The notes: a model not told the origin generated them from the letters alone. A DNA stretch of 64,000 bases from Balanoglossus misakiensis (GCA_040954595.2 CM082590.2:7316001-7380000), one strand, 5' to 3'; positions 1 through 14,500 are shown, counted from the stretch's first letter. Numbers and translations: made by a program.

Positions 1-1440
1 ATTTATAACAGAAAATGAAATACCGACATATATAAACAAATCATGCAAAATGCATTACATATGTATCAGACTATACATGTATATCATTATCTCGACATGC
101 ATAAATTCATAAAAATACAGATGGAAAAATAATGCCCCAAATTGTGAAGAGGTCGCGACCTTAACAATGCATCATCATGTCAGTTTCAGGGTCATTATGT
201 TGCCATGGGAACGTTTTCTGACTGTGTGTATTTCAACGGTTGTCGGGAACTCCAGCTGAGAAATGTATTCCAACCATCGGACTGTGTTATGTGTGTTGGA
301 CATACAGGAGATTCATCTTGTAATAAGATTGATAGAGCTCGTAAGGTCAAAAGGTCAACGAAGCCAAGACCTGCCGTGGAGATAAGAAAATTTAATACAG
401 CGTATTACAAGTGTGCAGCCATGTGTAATTACCATAACAACGTATTATTAGCATAGTGATCGTCCTCGGTGATAACGCTACTAGACGAGATTCGTAAACT
501 ATTCTTACAAACTGTGGATTCCTTTTTTTCGGCAGGTAGTTTTCGTAACTAGGCTTAAAGATGTACGCGCAGAACATAAACTGATAAACAGTGCATGTGT
601 CTTTTTCCCTTAGGATTACATTGATAATTGCAAGAAAACAAACTTCTACTATTGTCATTTTCATGAAATTTTTACACCTAGCTCAGTCCTGTAAATATAA
701 ATTCATTGGTCAAATAAAATGACCAATGTGGTTATACGCAAGTCTCGCGAGATCTCGCAATAAATTGTTATATATAATACGCAAGTCTAGCAAGATCTCG
801 CAATGAATGGGAAATCAACTATCGGTAACACCTTCTGAAACTAAAACCCATTGATGCAAGCTAACCCGCGGTCACAAACAGTGTAATATTCACCAGATTA
901 ACAGCTTTGTGAACTACTGACGCAAAGCAAAATCTGCCGTGGTTATAATTTCCCACAAGTGGAAATTGCTTCCAGCTCTCTCACCCCTCAATTCCCAATG
1001 CAATTGTCCAATCTTGCCATTCAAAACATCGGGGTCGAACCAAGTGAGTATAGGTAAAAAGGGGTTAAGCTTTCACTGTTTCCAATAGGACCAATTTTAA
1101 TAAATCTATCTGAAGTTTCCTAGCATATAATATTGAAATTGATTGCGCGTCTAGATTTTATGATATTGATTTTTGGGGTTTATTGGAATAACACCTTAAA
1201 GCTCCTAAACAAATTGGCGTTTAATTGCATCAAATATATGTATTCATATATCATAATTGTTCAACATCTCTTTGTATATCGTGTTATACAGGAATTATGA
1301 CGGAGGTCAGATTATTGATTAAGTAAAATAAATTCATTTAGATCTATTATAGATGTCGCGTGCATGCAACTTTTACTGTTTTCTGTATTACTGAATCAAG
1401 GAATAATCAAGGAATTTTGAACTTTTAAGTGAGCTTTTAA

Positions 1441-1633
1441 AGGGACAAAGTCTCTCTCTCGTTGCCCTTTTTCCATTAATTGCGTTTGATACAAGATACC
1501 GTTAATGTTATTCTACATGTGGATATATAGTGAATCAACGTTCGACCACACACAACTTTCATCCCGTTTGTAGGATATGAGAGTAAAAATCTCACCAAAA
1601 TGAATGAAAGGTAAACACTGATTATTCATTCAT
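1441..1633. mobile_element. Family A MITE, left half
   Basis: TTAA|AGGGACAAAGTCTCTCTCTCG; truncated. Confidence 0.8.
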
Positions 1634-4600
1634 GAAAATTTATCGTTAGCGAAAAGTTCTGTTTTACAGTATTTGATCAAATAATACACCTTACTGATCC
1701 CAGTGTAGAAAAAACACATTAACCCATGACAGAAAGAACCTAATATTTCTCCTTGACATATATATTCGCTTCGTCACTATCAAAAACTTAAATTTCCCGA
1801 CGGTACATTGTAATATATTGTTGCTAAGCGCAGCGGCTAAGAACACGATTCCCTTAAGGATTTTGTCTCACTGACTGATTAACTTCAGTGGCATTCGTGT
1901 TATGGTCGCGAAATTAAAATTGCGAATTGACATGATTAAGCGTCATCCTTAAGGTATTTGGATTGGGAAATATGCTGAGGTCGCGGAAAAGGAGAACGCT
2001 GTGTCTGGGTGGTGGTTCTTAAAGGGACAATAGCTGTAACTTTTTTGCTATGTTTTTCCACATTAACCCTAATGCTACTGTGTGTCAATGAGTGTCATAC
2101 CTGTTTAGAGTGTCAAGTCCCTGAAAATACGTATTTGCCATTTTTTCTTCTAAAACGTATTTTGACTGTCTTGACATGGCTCTCGTACGTACTTAGACAC
2201 ACTTGGCAGTCTGAGCCCCCCCCCCCCTCCCCCCTTACTTGGCAGTCTGAGCCCCCCCCCCCTCCCCCCTTAAAATTGTACCAAATCATACTGATTTGCA
2301 CTGTATTGGTGTGAGGGTCTTGTATAGGCCCTACGGAATAACACGCACTTGGCAGTCTAACAGGCCTGGGAGCCAGGATTCTAGGCACCCTGGAAATCAA
2401 ACCAGTTTCAACCGACTTGGCAGCGTTAGGGTTAATAAAAAAACATTTTATATACAGTATGTACAAAAAATGAGACGAACATTTTTGTATAGAATAAGTT
2501 GAACAGCTTGTAGTCTGGAGGAAATTTAATGAGTAAAAAAGACGTAAACCTCGACAATAACATCATGTTCGTAAACGTGCCTATTTAGACCAGAAGTCAC
2601 AATCTCGGTGGATTTTTTATCTCATGACGACTGATTTTCCTAAGGATTGTACATTTTTCCTGGGGAATACATGCTCCATGCTGATCCATCAGCGAGTGTT
2701 TCCCATTTGCTCCGTGTCGCCCGGCTAACATAACTCCGGGCTATACCGGAGTCAGTGAAACTGTACACGGAAAATAACGCTGGTTTAGGGGTGAATGGAA
2801 AAGGTTTCTCATACCTCTGCATGTTCAGCTAATTATCTGGCATGTCGTTGATCTTTGTGGGGAGGGGGGGGGGGAGTATAGCTTTCACCCCCGTTTCCTT
2901 CGACATGGATTCAACCGACCCTTTAAATTAGAATTGAGGATTAATTTAAATGGCTGTAGAACAGGAAATTTTCGCGACAGGAAATTTTCATGATATCAAA
3001 AGAGGTGAATATTTCGCAGCAATTAATTTTCATACGTCCTGAAAAACATTTGATTGTACACATCATTCTTTTGTGACTACTTTTGCGGGTTTTTTTTTTG
3101 GGGGGGGTGCTCTCGTGAAGTTGGTGATAATTAATTGTTCGCGAAAATTTCTTGTTTTACAGTGTATTGTATGGGTGTATCAAAAGACAGCATCTAGGTT
3201 ACAAACCTTCCCAGTCTGAGCATAGACCCTAGGGTCTATGGTCTGAGCAATGAATGTTTATTCACCTTTTGTACTGTCTGTGCATGCCCCGATTATCTCC
3301 GAATAATACGACCATTATCTCCAGAATAATGGCATTATAAACACCCACTGTTTGAAGACCGGTGACATTTTATAAACCCATTATTTGAAGAAGAATGACT
3401 TTCTCAAAGCGATTGTTTGAGCGGTGTGTTGTTTTTGTAAACATGTTCATCTCCTTCAGAAAACATTTAACAAGCAGTGGGCAAACAGGTAAGGCTGTTT
3501 TTACAGCGATCTAGAGGTCTGTATAGCTGTTGACAGCAACGTGTTTACACAGGTTGTTTGCGTAACTGCAGGGCAAGTGTGTCATGGCATTGTGAAGGCG
3601 AGTCTAGTGAGCTATATATGCCTTTCTCACGTGCCGTCAACGCCGCCCCAGCGGCGGTGCTAGGGCGGCGTTAATTTGTAAGTGCCACGTGTGAAAAGGT
3701 GAGAGCGGCCCTGCGCCGCTCTTTTTTTGTGACGGTGTTGAGGGGTGGGACCTGGGTCGGGGCGCCGCACTAAACAGCGATTCAAATCACGTGTGAACAG
3801 AAACACCGCACTAAACGCCGATCTAAACACACTCTGCCGACGCGGTTTGAGGGGATACAAGTGGCAGTTTCTAATGAGCTTGCATGTAAAATTACCCCTC
3901 TGAAAAGAGCGATGTTTAGCACCTTGCTTAGTCAACGGTCAATTTGCCTTGTTGCTGATGGTCATCAGTAAAATGAGGAGCCCCACAACCTACAGGCAAA
4001 GCCTTGAGGTAGTCGGAACTTACTGCAGCTGGGGCTCTGCTGAAAAAATTGAGACGCCCAGTGGAAGTGGTAGTGAAACTTGTAGCAAAGTTCATGGTGA
4101 TAATTGCTAGGCAACTAGGTCTTGCCATTGTCTGGCTAAAAATACATCCCTGTGCGTGAATAAATTAAAAACGTCTTTTCCAAGGGACCAACTCAAAGCG
4201 TTCCCACATCCCGGTATGCTTTTACTACTAGCATGGAGTCATGCTACTAGTATATTACGCACTGGTTTCAAAGCTGTAAGACTCACAGGCGGTACCGTAG
4301 AAGCGCTTATACTTATAGGATGACTGTACAAAAACTGGAAAAGTGTGGATTTTCTCGGATCTTCCATTTATTTGATGTGGAACAACAAATGGGACAAGTG
4401 GCGAAATGTGTCCTTGATTTTCAATCGCACCATGAAGCCTATTTGAACCTAATTTGCATAAATGTCCGAAGGGGTCGTTCTGGCACTTTGACTCATTTTT
4501 ACCCCCATTGTTTCATCTTTTTGTAAAGAATAATTATTTTTTCCTGGTCGAACCGAAGGATAGATTACGGTATACGCTGTTTGGGTATAAGTCCAGAGCT

Positions 4601-4871
4601 ACATATACAGTAAACACATCACTGAATCCGCCATTGTGACCTTTAGCCACTCTGCTGTGGACGCATTGAGTGCGGTGACCCCGTCCCTTTTATACACATG
4701 TGAATGCAAAACTATTTGAGTCGCTGATAAGAAATGTTTACCAACTTTTATAATCCAAAAAAGGGCGCCCTAATCATTGCACGTGTGCAAGCGACTATAG
4801 TGTGGGAACTCTCCCTGAGGGCAGACTTCTAGGGTTGGTGCGAAGTCAGTTCGGTGTTTTCCTGCTATGTA

Positions 4872-5402
4872 CAGTCGAACCTGTCTATAGTGGTCTGAGT
4901 CAAGGGACTTTCTTAAACTGGCCTTTATAGACAGGTGGCCTTTATATAGAGGTTAATTAACGCACATGTGAATTGCACAGGGACTGTAACAAAGTGGCCA
5001 CTACATACCGGTAGAGGTGGCCACGAACACTTTGCTACAGTTGCCAGTCAAGGGACTTTCTTAAACTGGCCTTTATATACAGGTGGCCTTTATATAGAGG
5101 TTAATTAATGCACTTGTAAATTGCACAGGGACTGTAACAAAGTGGCCACTATATAGAGGTGGCCACTAACAGGGGTTTTACTGTAGTTGGAAAGTTAAAC
5201 CCTTCCAGAGATAAAACTTTTCAGAGCATAGTTTATTGTACGACAAAATGACACTTGTCAGACCTACAGTCAAACCTGTCTATAGTGGCCAGTCAAGAGA
5301 CTTTCCTTCACTGGCCTTTACAGACAGGTCAATTAATGCACATGTGAATTGCAGGGATAGTAACAAAGTTGCCACTATTAGAGGTGGCCACAGGTTTGAC
5401 TG
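4872..5402. mobile_element. Two family C MITEs (pogo/Tigger-like): 4872-5183 with internal duplication, and 5267-5402
   Basis: TA|CAGTCAAACCTGTCTATAGTGGCC...CAGGTTTGACTG termini. Confidence 0.75.
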
Positions 5403-8400
5403 TGCGTACCATTGTCCATTTCCCTCCTTTTCCTCTCTGCCATGAATAAAGCATTTAACGAGGAAACTCTGACAGGAACATATATTATTCGCAACTTGCG
5501 GATTCGCGGTGACATATCGTCCACAGGTGTTAAATAATTCCTCGCGTTTTCCGTTCTCCTGTCAGACCTGTTTTTCGCTGTGGGTTTTTCAGCGCTTACA
5601 CGCGCAATTTACGTACGACTTATTTGCGAAGATGAACTCTCCATGGCCGTTTATTCATTTATCATGAGTACAGCTGGCAATACCGGGTTCATTTTGCGTT
5701 TGTGCAATACATTACACTGCTGGACGCAAGTTTTCATTATTAACAACTGCCACTTAGGGGGTCCCTCAGCCATAAAACAAGTACAGGTATAATCAGATAT
5801 ATATATATATATCGTGACGTGACTTAAATCTTCAGTTCCCTCCAACTTTGGGTGATTTTCTCAGTATTTTTGTTTGCGGCATCAACTGTGGTTTCTTGTT
5901 TTATTCTGAAAAACACAAAAAATGCTCAGTATTAAACTGGTTTTTCTACACAGCTCTTTTGTAGTACACATAATCAGCATGATAGTAATCAGAGAAGAAT
6001 TAGGACTTGTAATTTCTCGCAGATGATGAGTTTTAATCTTGTGAGCTATTTTGACGTTTTCATGTAAATGGTTATTAACACTTTACCAGTCATTTATACT
6101 CCATGTTTAATAATCATGTTGGTATGATTGTATTTCCTTCAAAAATGTTTATCCCAAAACAAAAGGTTGGACCTGTTCGACTGGCATCATATACTAATTT
6201 AAAGCTCCTTGTAGTCTTAGGGTGCCTTGAATGTATCCCCAACTTGGCACAAATTGATGTGTGCATGTAATCTTGTATAAGTTTGAATTCAGCATAAAGT
6301 TTTCATCTAAATGACGAGGGAAAGAAACCCTAACCTATGTATACCGCTGATGAAATCAAAATTAATGAAATGCATCCTTTGCAATGAAATTTTCTCATCA
6401 GTCGATTGCAGTTCTCTCCATCAGTATTAATGAGTCTGTGAGAGATGTTTTTCGAACGCAGGTGACGACCGTGTCCCTTGTTGTCATGGAAACAGTATTG
6501 ATGCTCGTTTGTTTCGATCAGTGGTCTACTCCACGTGTGAAGTGTTTTCGCATGTTGACGTTGGCATGCGTGACTTAAACTCGGAAGAAATTCTAAAAGG
6601 CTGTTTTGTCTCGTATTTGTAACACTTAAAAACAGTATAAATTTTGGCCGCCTTGTGGGACAATGTGCACCTAAATAAAACAATTGACAGATGGACACAT
6701 ACAGTAACTCTGATTTGAAGCTTCAAGAGCTGCCACTTTTTGCATTATTTTCATGATTATATTTTCCAACTTAAATTGATCCATCTAAATAAGCTTACTG
6801 ATAGGTATACATGAACACCTTATCGATGCCCGATTGTGACTGCACGTTGTGATTTGAACACGCTATCTCATAAGTCCTGTGGTATATAAATTTTCACACT
6901 TTTTAGCAAATTGTCGCAAACTGCAATTTTTGTCTCGTGTAGTTAGCAGGTAATGTCGTATAATCTATACTTATCAGGTTTTGAGGTTTTCCGTTTGAGT
7001 GAAATATCGCAGACTACGGTGGTCGGTAAGCATTCCTTGATTAAATTTCAATCACCAAGCCCCATTCTTTGTACCACACCTTTGAATTTATGTCCGACTG
7101 AAATCGCCGCAAATTTGGCAGAAAATGACTCGTTATCACTCGCTTCATTACGTCTGGAACTCTCGCTTTCAGACGGTTAGATTCAAATTGGGCTTCGCAA
7201 TTCGATTGTGAATAATTGTGCGGTCTGTGTGGCTATTTACTGTCCATTCGGTTTGCCATTTTGGGTCGAAAAATCTAGAGATATTACGAATTGATCATTT
7301 TTCGAATTTCAAGCGTTCCATGCCTTTTAGTTTGCCTAATTGACGTAATTCCACACTTCCAAAATTTATTATCGCTCAAATTTTCAATAAATGAACACAC
7401 TTTGTCGGTTATGTTGGTAAAATGTTGCATCACTACATCAACTAGCTCAATTCAACAGAGGCTAAAATTGAGAAGTTATTCCCTTGCAATATGACTTTTA
7501 AACTTTTGCCGGTTTTAGAATTCCACCATGGATATGACACCTCAGTTTTGATTGGCAGAGGTATAATTTGTTGCCAACGTTCAAGTCGTCAGAAATTCCA
7601 AACGACACGAATTAACCAGTATTCCGACTTTGATTGCACAGCGAGGGTGATTGACCCAAACGTGACTTCTGCGAAATTTGGCAAATTATCACCGGAAAGG
7701 CTCGGAAAAATACAAGCGCTAGGTCGTCGCTGTCTAATCAGGTCTCAGGAACTGAAACTAAAAAGGTCAGATTTGAGTGAGAAATTTTATTCGATCACAA
7801 TAATTGCTGAGTGTTGCTTGTAACAAATTATTACAAATTAATAATTTGCAAAACTAATGCTTTGAACTATTGACATTGCTTCTGTGAATAAAATGAAATT
7901 TTGTCCACTGAAAGACTTCTGTATTTTTTACGTTTCAGTGTGAAATGCATAGACTACAATGTTTCGATGATTAAAATATTGAAACTTTTTCTCAGATTCC
8001 TTTAATAATGATTTCAGTTGATTATCCCTTGGATACTTAATCATGTCAAATTAGAACAACTTTTTAGTCCCCATATTCATTCTTTTCAGTCGGAAAATGC
8101 CTTCCTTTATCAAAATACAATTACTCACCCTGCATTAAAGTTTTATCCGTGTAAAAGAATTGAATTTATTATCTCATTTACAATGGATTATCTTGTCTGC
8201 TTTCACTCAGAACATCACTTTTTTGTTTTAAGCGTAAAATTAAGAATTAATATTCCTAAGCTTTTCAGGAACTACAGTTATTAATTTCAGAGGGATTTCA
8301 TCAAGAAGAAGCATTAGTGGAATTTTTGTCTGAGAGCTTGGATTATAAAACCAATCATATGTTGAAATTAATGTGATATTTTATTTTCATTGTCCGACAA

Positions 8401-8496
8401 GTTATGGTATTTCCAGGATAAGATCTCTAATTCAAAGACAGTGTCGTGTTGGTCGTGTAAAATATTAGTTAATTAAAAAAAGCTATTAGGTTGATA

Positions 8497-8790
8497 TGTG
8501 TTGTGGTTTTCCGGGAAAAGTGGCCCAGTTTAGTCAAGGAAGCAGTGTGGCCATAGTAAATAATTAGGAAAACTCACATTGGATTATTACATGTGGTGTT
8601 TTTTTCCGGGAAAACAGGACCTAGTTTTAATCAAGAACAGAGGTGTGTGGCCATGTAAATAATTATAAAAACCCATATTTGCTTGTTACATGTGGTGTTT
8701 TTTCCGGGAAAAGTGGCCCTGTTTAGTCAAGGACAGGGGTGACTTCAGTTGTGTCAATTAATAATTAGCAAAACCCATATTGGATTGGTG
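8497..8790. repeat. Three tandem copies of a ~96-bp unit, each containing TTCCGGGAA
   Basis: Motif at 8509, 8604 and 8702. Confidence 0.8.
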
Positions 8791-10196
8791 GCAGTCCTAA
8801 CAATGGTGATCTATCTATCCATCTCACTCATCCATAAAGTCACTCCATTTTCCCCGGGAATGGCCAAAGCACCCAACGGATAAATGACTTGGATATGAGC
8901 TGATTTATTTGACTGTATTACCGAATTCCGGGTGATAAATGGCTGATCAGATCCATGATTGATGTGCGCTATGGGGATCACTGTATCCCATCTATAGTCC
9001 TTATTGTGTGCTTCTGGCCACATGAATAAAAAACCTTGTTTCTATCAACTCGGCAGTTTTAAAAAGTCTGTGCATCGACATGGGTGTTTCCACGGTAGCT
9101 AGATTAGTGTGCTATTTTCATGAGGTCTTGGCGTGCTGTGGAGATCACTATTTCCCATCTATAGTCCTCATTGTGTGCTTCTGGCCACACAGATTTAAAA
9201 CCTTGTTTCTATCTTACTGTCTCATTCTTCAGTTACCGTATGTGATATCTTTGAAACCGTTGATTTGCCGAAACGTAATTTATCGTACCTGTTATGGGCC
9301 TTTTTAATGTGATGAATGTTCTTATCTATTCATATCCGCTTACACAACAAAACAGATTCCTTTTTGTAATGGGCTATTTGGGAAGCTTCCCATCCGGTTG
9401 CCTAGTTGAAAGGTCCTCAGTCATTTACAATTTACACCTGTCTCGGTAAATTAATATTAAAGAGCGTTGAAGATGGACCTAAATGTTTCCTTAAACTCAG
9501 ATACATTGTTTTGTCGGTTAATTCAATTGACTTAAATGGTGCGGACTACTATAAATGCAACACTGGGTACGGCTGGAATTTTTTAACAGCAGCTCCATTA
9601 ACCCTGTGAACGTGTTTGTCGTCAAAATGTGGTGCAACATTTTTGTCATTTCCACTTAATTTTTCTCTATTTTTCGCTTAATTCTAGACCAATTGGACAT
9701 AAATTTCAATTTTCTGCAGGTCTTGATCAAAATTTCAAAAAAAATGGGAAATTTTTTAGATTATTTTGAAAAAATGACAACAATTTGACTATAAATTTTG
9801 ATATCGAACACAAATCCAAGTGGTTCTGCTTGCATGACCACAATGTGTCATACACGTATGCCTCATCATAATTCTGTATTTTTGAAAAGATATACATGAC
9901 AGGTTGGCAAAGGCATTACACCAAACTGCGTGAACTCATAACTAAAAGAGATAACCAATCTGTTCTCTCGTTAAAGCAGTCAACAAAGTCTCACCAAACC
10001 ATATGTCATGAGAAAGTCCTCTCCCAGCAAATCATTGTATACATAAATCAGATTTTGAAATCTCATACACCATGCTATCATAATTATCTCCTGCATTTCG
10101 TGCTTCAGGATCCATGACAAGCATTTCATTCGCAGTCTGATCACATCATCTGGTGGATTGCGTTCTGGTAGAAATCAGTGCAGTATTAAATCTACA

Positions 10197-10513
10197 TTAT
10201 ATTATACCAGTATATTGATGGTGTAAATCACGCTATTTGATTGGTCGAGACACGACACGTGACCGTGATATATTAGCCATATACCACAGTCATATATCAT
10301 AGTCAAAGAATATGCCTTTTTTAAATGTTTTATGCAAAGTTTCAATATACTGGCATAATATAATAGCAATAAAACACCCCCAGCCATGGTATACCACTCG
10401 ATTTTGACCAGTTCAACTCCATATACGCACTCGCTATCGCTCGTGCGTATATGTCGTGAACTGGTCAAAATCTCGTGGTATACCATGGCTGGGGGTGTTT
10501 TATTGCTTAAATA
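10197..10513. mobile_element. Family D element, 317 bp, long subterminal hairpin, putative non-autonomous Crypton-like
   Basis: About 4 mismatches vs 61680-61996; hairpin AGCAATAAAACACCCCCAGCCATGGTATACCA...TGGTATACCATGGCTGGGGGTGTTTTATTGCT. The superfamily call is from recalled architecture only. Confidence 0.7.
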
Positions 10514-11499
10514 ATTTACAAGCTTATTACTTGTCATCTAGAGACATAAGAGGAATCAAGTTGTGTTATTGAAATAGGATATCGAGAAATAATTGCGATG
10601 AATATTCATATGTCATATCTGATGTCGGATAAAGTTGTTCAAAAAAATTACCAGATAATTTCAAGCAGGAAATCATTACCTTATTTGCATTGAACTTTTG
10701 ACCATCTGGTGATTAGCCAATCAAAGGCAATGATACAACTCGCAGAGTACCGCTACTTATTCGTGATTGATTCATCATAGTTTCTGAAAAATCAGCATTA
10801 AATAACTGAAGTTTGGTGTAGAGATGTTACATGGTATATGTGCCTGTAATTTTTATGTGGCTTTAATAATAGGAATTTTACGGTAGACATTTCCACCAAG
10901 TTGTAACAACGTCAACAGGAAATGGAAGATTGGCTACTCCATCAACTTGGTCACCACGGCAACAGAGAACCAGGTGCTTCCAAGACTGCATCTGTCTGCA
11001 TTTGTCGCCCTGGCAACAGGGGATTTTTCTCATAAGCTCACCGACAGACACTGTCAATCTTGCTTGGTCGTACTTTGGAATGGAAGCTTGGCTGCAGATT
11101 GGTTTGTGTGAAAAGAATGAGAAAGTGTCGTACGTACGACAAACGCCATTTTTATTCGTAAAATTGAGAGAAGGTTACAGCTACTAGTATTGTTGCACCG
11201 AAGGTCTAATCGAGTGCTACAAATCCTATTCATTATAATCCGTAAGAAGGTCGAGTCGTGGCAACATTCCTTGATTTAAGTTCTGTGTAGCCTGGAAATT
11301 GTGTTTGTACCACCCTTTCTCCGCACTGTATGAGGAATACACGAGTTATATTCAATGGTTTTTCCGATTCCTTTTGAACGGGCAAAATGGCCGCTCAAAG
11401 AAGTAATCAGCGATCGCTAGGTTCCATTCTATTTCGTTTTAAGATGTAAGGTGTACCTTGTAATTCTGCCTGACTGATGGATATCCAATAGGATTTTAA

Positions 11500-11584
11500 C
11501 CCTTTCACCACCATGGTTTAGTCCAAGCCCATTATTTTCTATGGTAAGGGTGGACCTCTAAAGAGGAGACTGGGGGTGAAAGGG
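11500..11584. mobile_element. Family E mini-MITE (about 85 bp, piggyBac-like)
   Basis: TTAA|CCCTTTCACC...GGTGAAAGGG|TTAA; other copies at 18919-19005, 26338-26421, about 22866-22945, 23027-23107 and 48806-48890. Confidence 0.78.
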
Positions 11585-14500
11585 TTAAAAGAAAATGATA
11601 AAAATTTGACACAAAGTTTGAAGTTATCTCAGTCTGTTGAGCTTTAAGCATTACCGGTAAAAGCCAGTTTAAAGGTGAAGTCGGTTTTGTCTGAGAGACC
11701 ACCACTGCAGGGAGCCTTGAGACGTTTAAATAACAACATCAACAACAATGTGTTGGGTAACGCCATCAGTATACCATCGGCTACTGTGCAGTTCCCTCAA
11801 GGCTAAAGTTGTCACTACGGAAAAACAGAAATATTCTCAAATTCTCCCCACCTTAAATAGGTTTTTACTAACTAGGTGGGTCATAAAAATTCAAGATGGT
11901 GGATTTCTGCCAACTGTAGTTCCAAAACGAAAATGATGAAATATTTGAAAATTATCTAAAAAAATTATTTAAATTTCCCAATTGTCTAAATATTTTATGA
12001 CTAAAATTTCCCAATTGTCTAAAAATGTTATCATTTGCCTATGTGAGCTTCAAGAAAATTTTATGACTAAACTTTTCCCTATTGTCTAAAAATGTTATGA
12101 CTTGGCTGTGTGAGCTTCATGAAGGATTATGTCGCACGACCTCGGTCTGCAATAAATGTCATTACAGCGACAAAGTATGCGAGACACAAATTTCTGTCAT
12201 TCCTAATAATCAGTAACTTACAGAGACAATTATGTCAGTCTTTTCTGCTGGTCAGGTCAAATTCAAGTCTTTGTATGTGTGAGTGGATTAGAATTCCACA
12301 GCAGACCCCTGCAGTCATAACATGTGTGAATGCGACAAAGATCTCAGCCAAGCAGTGCCCAAGGCCGTCCGACAAATTAGAATGCCCCTTCGTAATTGTA
12401 TTGGCACGGCAATGCTAATCTCTCCCTGGGAACGACGGGGGGAAAAAAAAGAATTCTTAAGGAACGGTTTTGAATGAGGTTGATGAATGCAAGGCCGATG
12501 TTTTCTTCTTTGCGTGCACAGTGTACGTATGAAGGAACGTGCGTTGAAAAACGTGCGCCGTGAGACCGCACTTTGTGGGGAAAAGTGACACTTTGAAAAT
12601 GGCCGCCCGCGATAGACGTGCACGTTTATCGGTGATGTCATTCATTTCAGTGGTGTGTGTGCACCGCGAGAGGGAAAGTCAGATATGAGATCTGTATCAG
12701 ATGATTGGAATGATTGATCGGTAGATAGATAATAAAGATTGCGAGATCTGTAGGTCGTAGATAGAGCGCACAGAACGTGTGTGTCACTGAAACTGACAGA
12801 TATGAGACGGGAACTCAATTGACTCGAGAATCAAAGGGACAAGACAGTTCATACTGGTCAACTGTGGGAAGAATTTTAATGCTTACCCCCACTTCTCTGT
12901 AAATGGTGTCAACCACTGCTTTTGAAAGCTCAAGGGTTGTACCATTGGCGAGGGTGGAAGTGGTCGGGAATGAGGGACTGATAGATGTGTCAGTGTTGAG
13001 AAAGTAAAGGTGTCTTTGTAGAGATTCTGAAATGTGGGGAAATGGGTCTAGGCAGATTCAGTTTTCCACTCAGCTGATACGCAAAATCACCATGGCACCC
13101 GTGTTTTTAATGATGCTGCCGGGGTTGGCCGGCAGCCAGGCATTGTTGTACACACCAAACGGTTACCACGGCAACCCTGTCTCTAATGCGGCAATTTGCA
13201 AATGCAGTTTACCACCAAGGGCTTCATTACTGTACATGTGTGCCGATCATGAGGTTTTTCCTTCGCGGCCACAAAAAGGCAAGTAACCTCATGTTGTCAT
13301 CGAATATTAAAACCTGAGTCGGTTTTTTCCCACCAGTGGTGACCCGTATTGTGTGAGGTTGGGCTATCGTATGCAACCAAATCAGGTTCCATTAAATTAA
13401 TTCAAAGCTGTTATTCAGAAACTTTGATTCCTGTTGCCACTTTCCAGCAGATAATTATAGCCTTGCGATTGGGAAACAGCATATCGTACACACTGAACTG
13501 TTAAACTCATGGGAGGAGATACCTGTACATTATCTGCCATTGTCAACTTGTCGTGATTTTCACAAAATTTATATAAACTCATAATTTTGACCACTTTTTT
13601 CTAAAATTTTGATCAAGACCTGCAGACAATGGAAATTTATGTTCACTCTGTCTAGAATTAAAGGAAAAATTAGAGAAAAATTTGTGAAAATGATAAAAAT
13701 GTTGCACCCTATTTTGACAGTTATAATGGCTTCCAAGGGTGCCATATAACAGCTAGTCACCTTAGAAAGTACAGTCACCATAAGATGCACTGCCCTTTTA
13801 TAAAGATCTTCAGTGCAAACATCTGTCTTTATATACTATGTTAGTTTAGTTTGAAAATAAATTTTATCATAATTTCTCTGAGGTTACAGCTAATGGAGCT
13901 TTAAAAGACGATCTTGATGTTTTGTTTAATACACGGTCTAAATGAGCAGGGAGGAACGAGGGTCTCTGCGTGGTTCCTGTTTTATGGACTCCACATGTGT
14001 GGATCTCTGATTAAAACGAGCTTTTAAGGAGCTAGGGCAGGCGCGATCTCCAAAACCCCGAGTACAGAATCTGACTATATGGTGATAACCACAACAAAAC
14101 AGTGTGAGGTTCCATTCCATTAGTGAAGTCTACCTGAGCAGAATGCGCGAGTTCTGACCTCGTAGTCGGGGACCCTCGCGCAGGTTTATCATTCTAATCA
14201 AAGGTCGACCAGGCCACGAACTCCCCTCTACTGTGTACAGCAGATTCTCAACCACCTTAGCCTTCTGATGGAGGCTTGCTGTTGTCAGTAGTAAAAAGCA
14301 CAACAGGCGATGAACAAACATGATAAAATAAGCTATAGAAGCGGCCATCTTTAATGGTACATACCAAGAAAAATGGCAACCAGTATATACTATGGATTTC
14401 TTGGATGCAAATGAAGTTAACTTTCACTTCCTAACTGGTAGTTTTGTTTGTGTTTCCTCCCCACTTAGATGTAAGCTGTAAATCTCTAAATGGCGTTTTG

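Noticed and set aside
3444-3494. ATG...AAACAG/GTAAGG strong donor as RBPMS exon 1
   Set aside because: The ATG frame ends in phase 1, incompatible with the phase-0 acceptor at 31928, and the phase-0 frame contains a stop
5580-5792. ORF ending ...KQVQ/gtataa as a candidate first RBPMS exon
   Set aside because: Phase fits, but the donor is weak and the peptide does not resemble the acidic N-terminus typical of the family; unsupported without transcripts
6890-7870. CpG-richer block with several ORFs, possible transposon body
   Set aside because: No terminal repeats, target duplication or transposase/RT motifs that I could establish
10202-10537. 111-aa ORF nearly identical to the 114-aa ORF at 61685-62029, suggesting a duplicated small gene
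   Set aside because: Both are read through the family D hairpin repeat. Start codons come from unrelated flanks and there is no recognisable domain.
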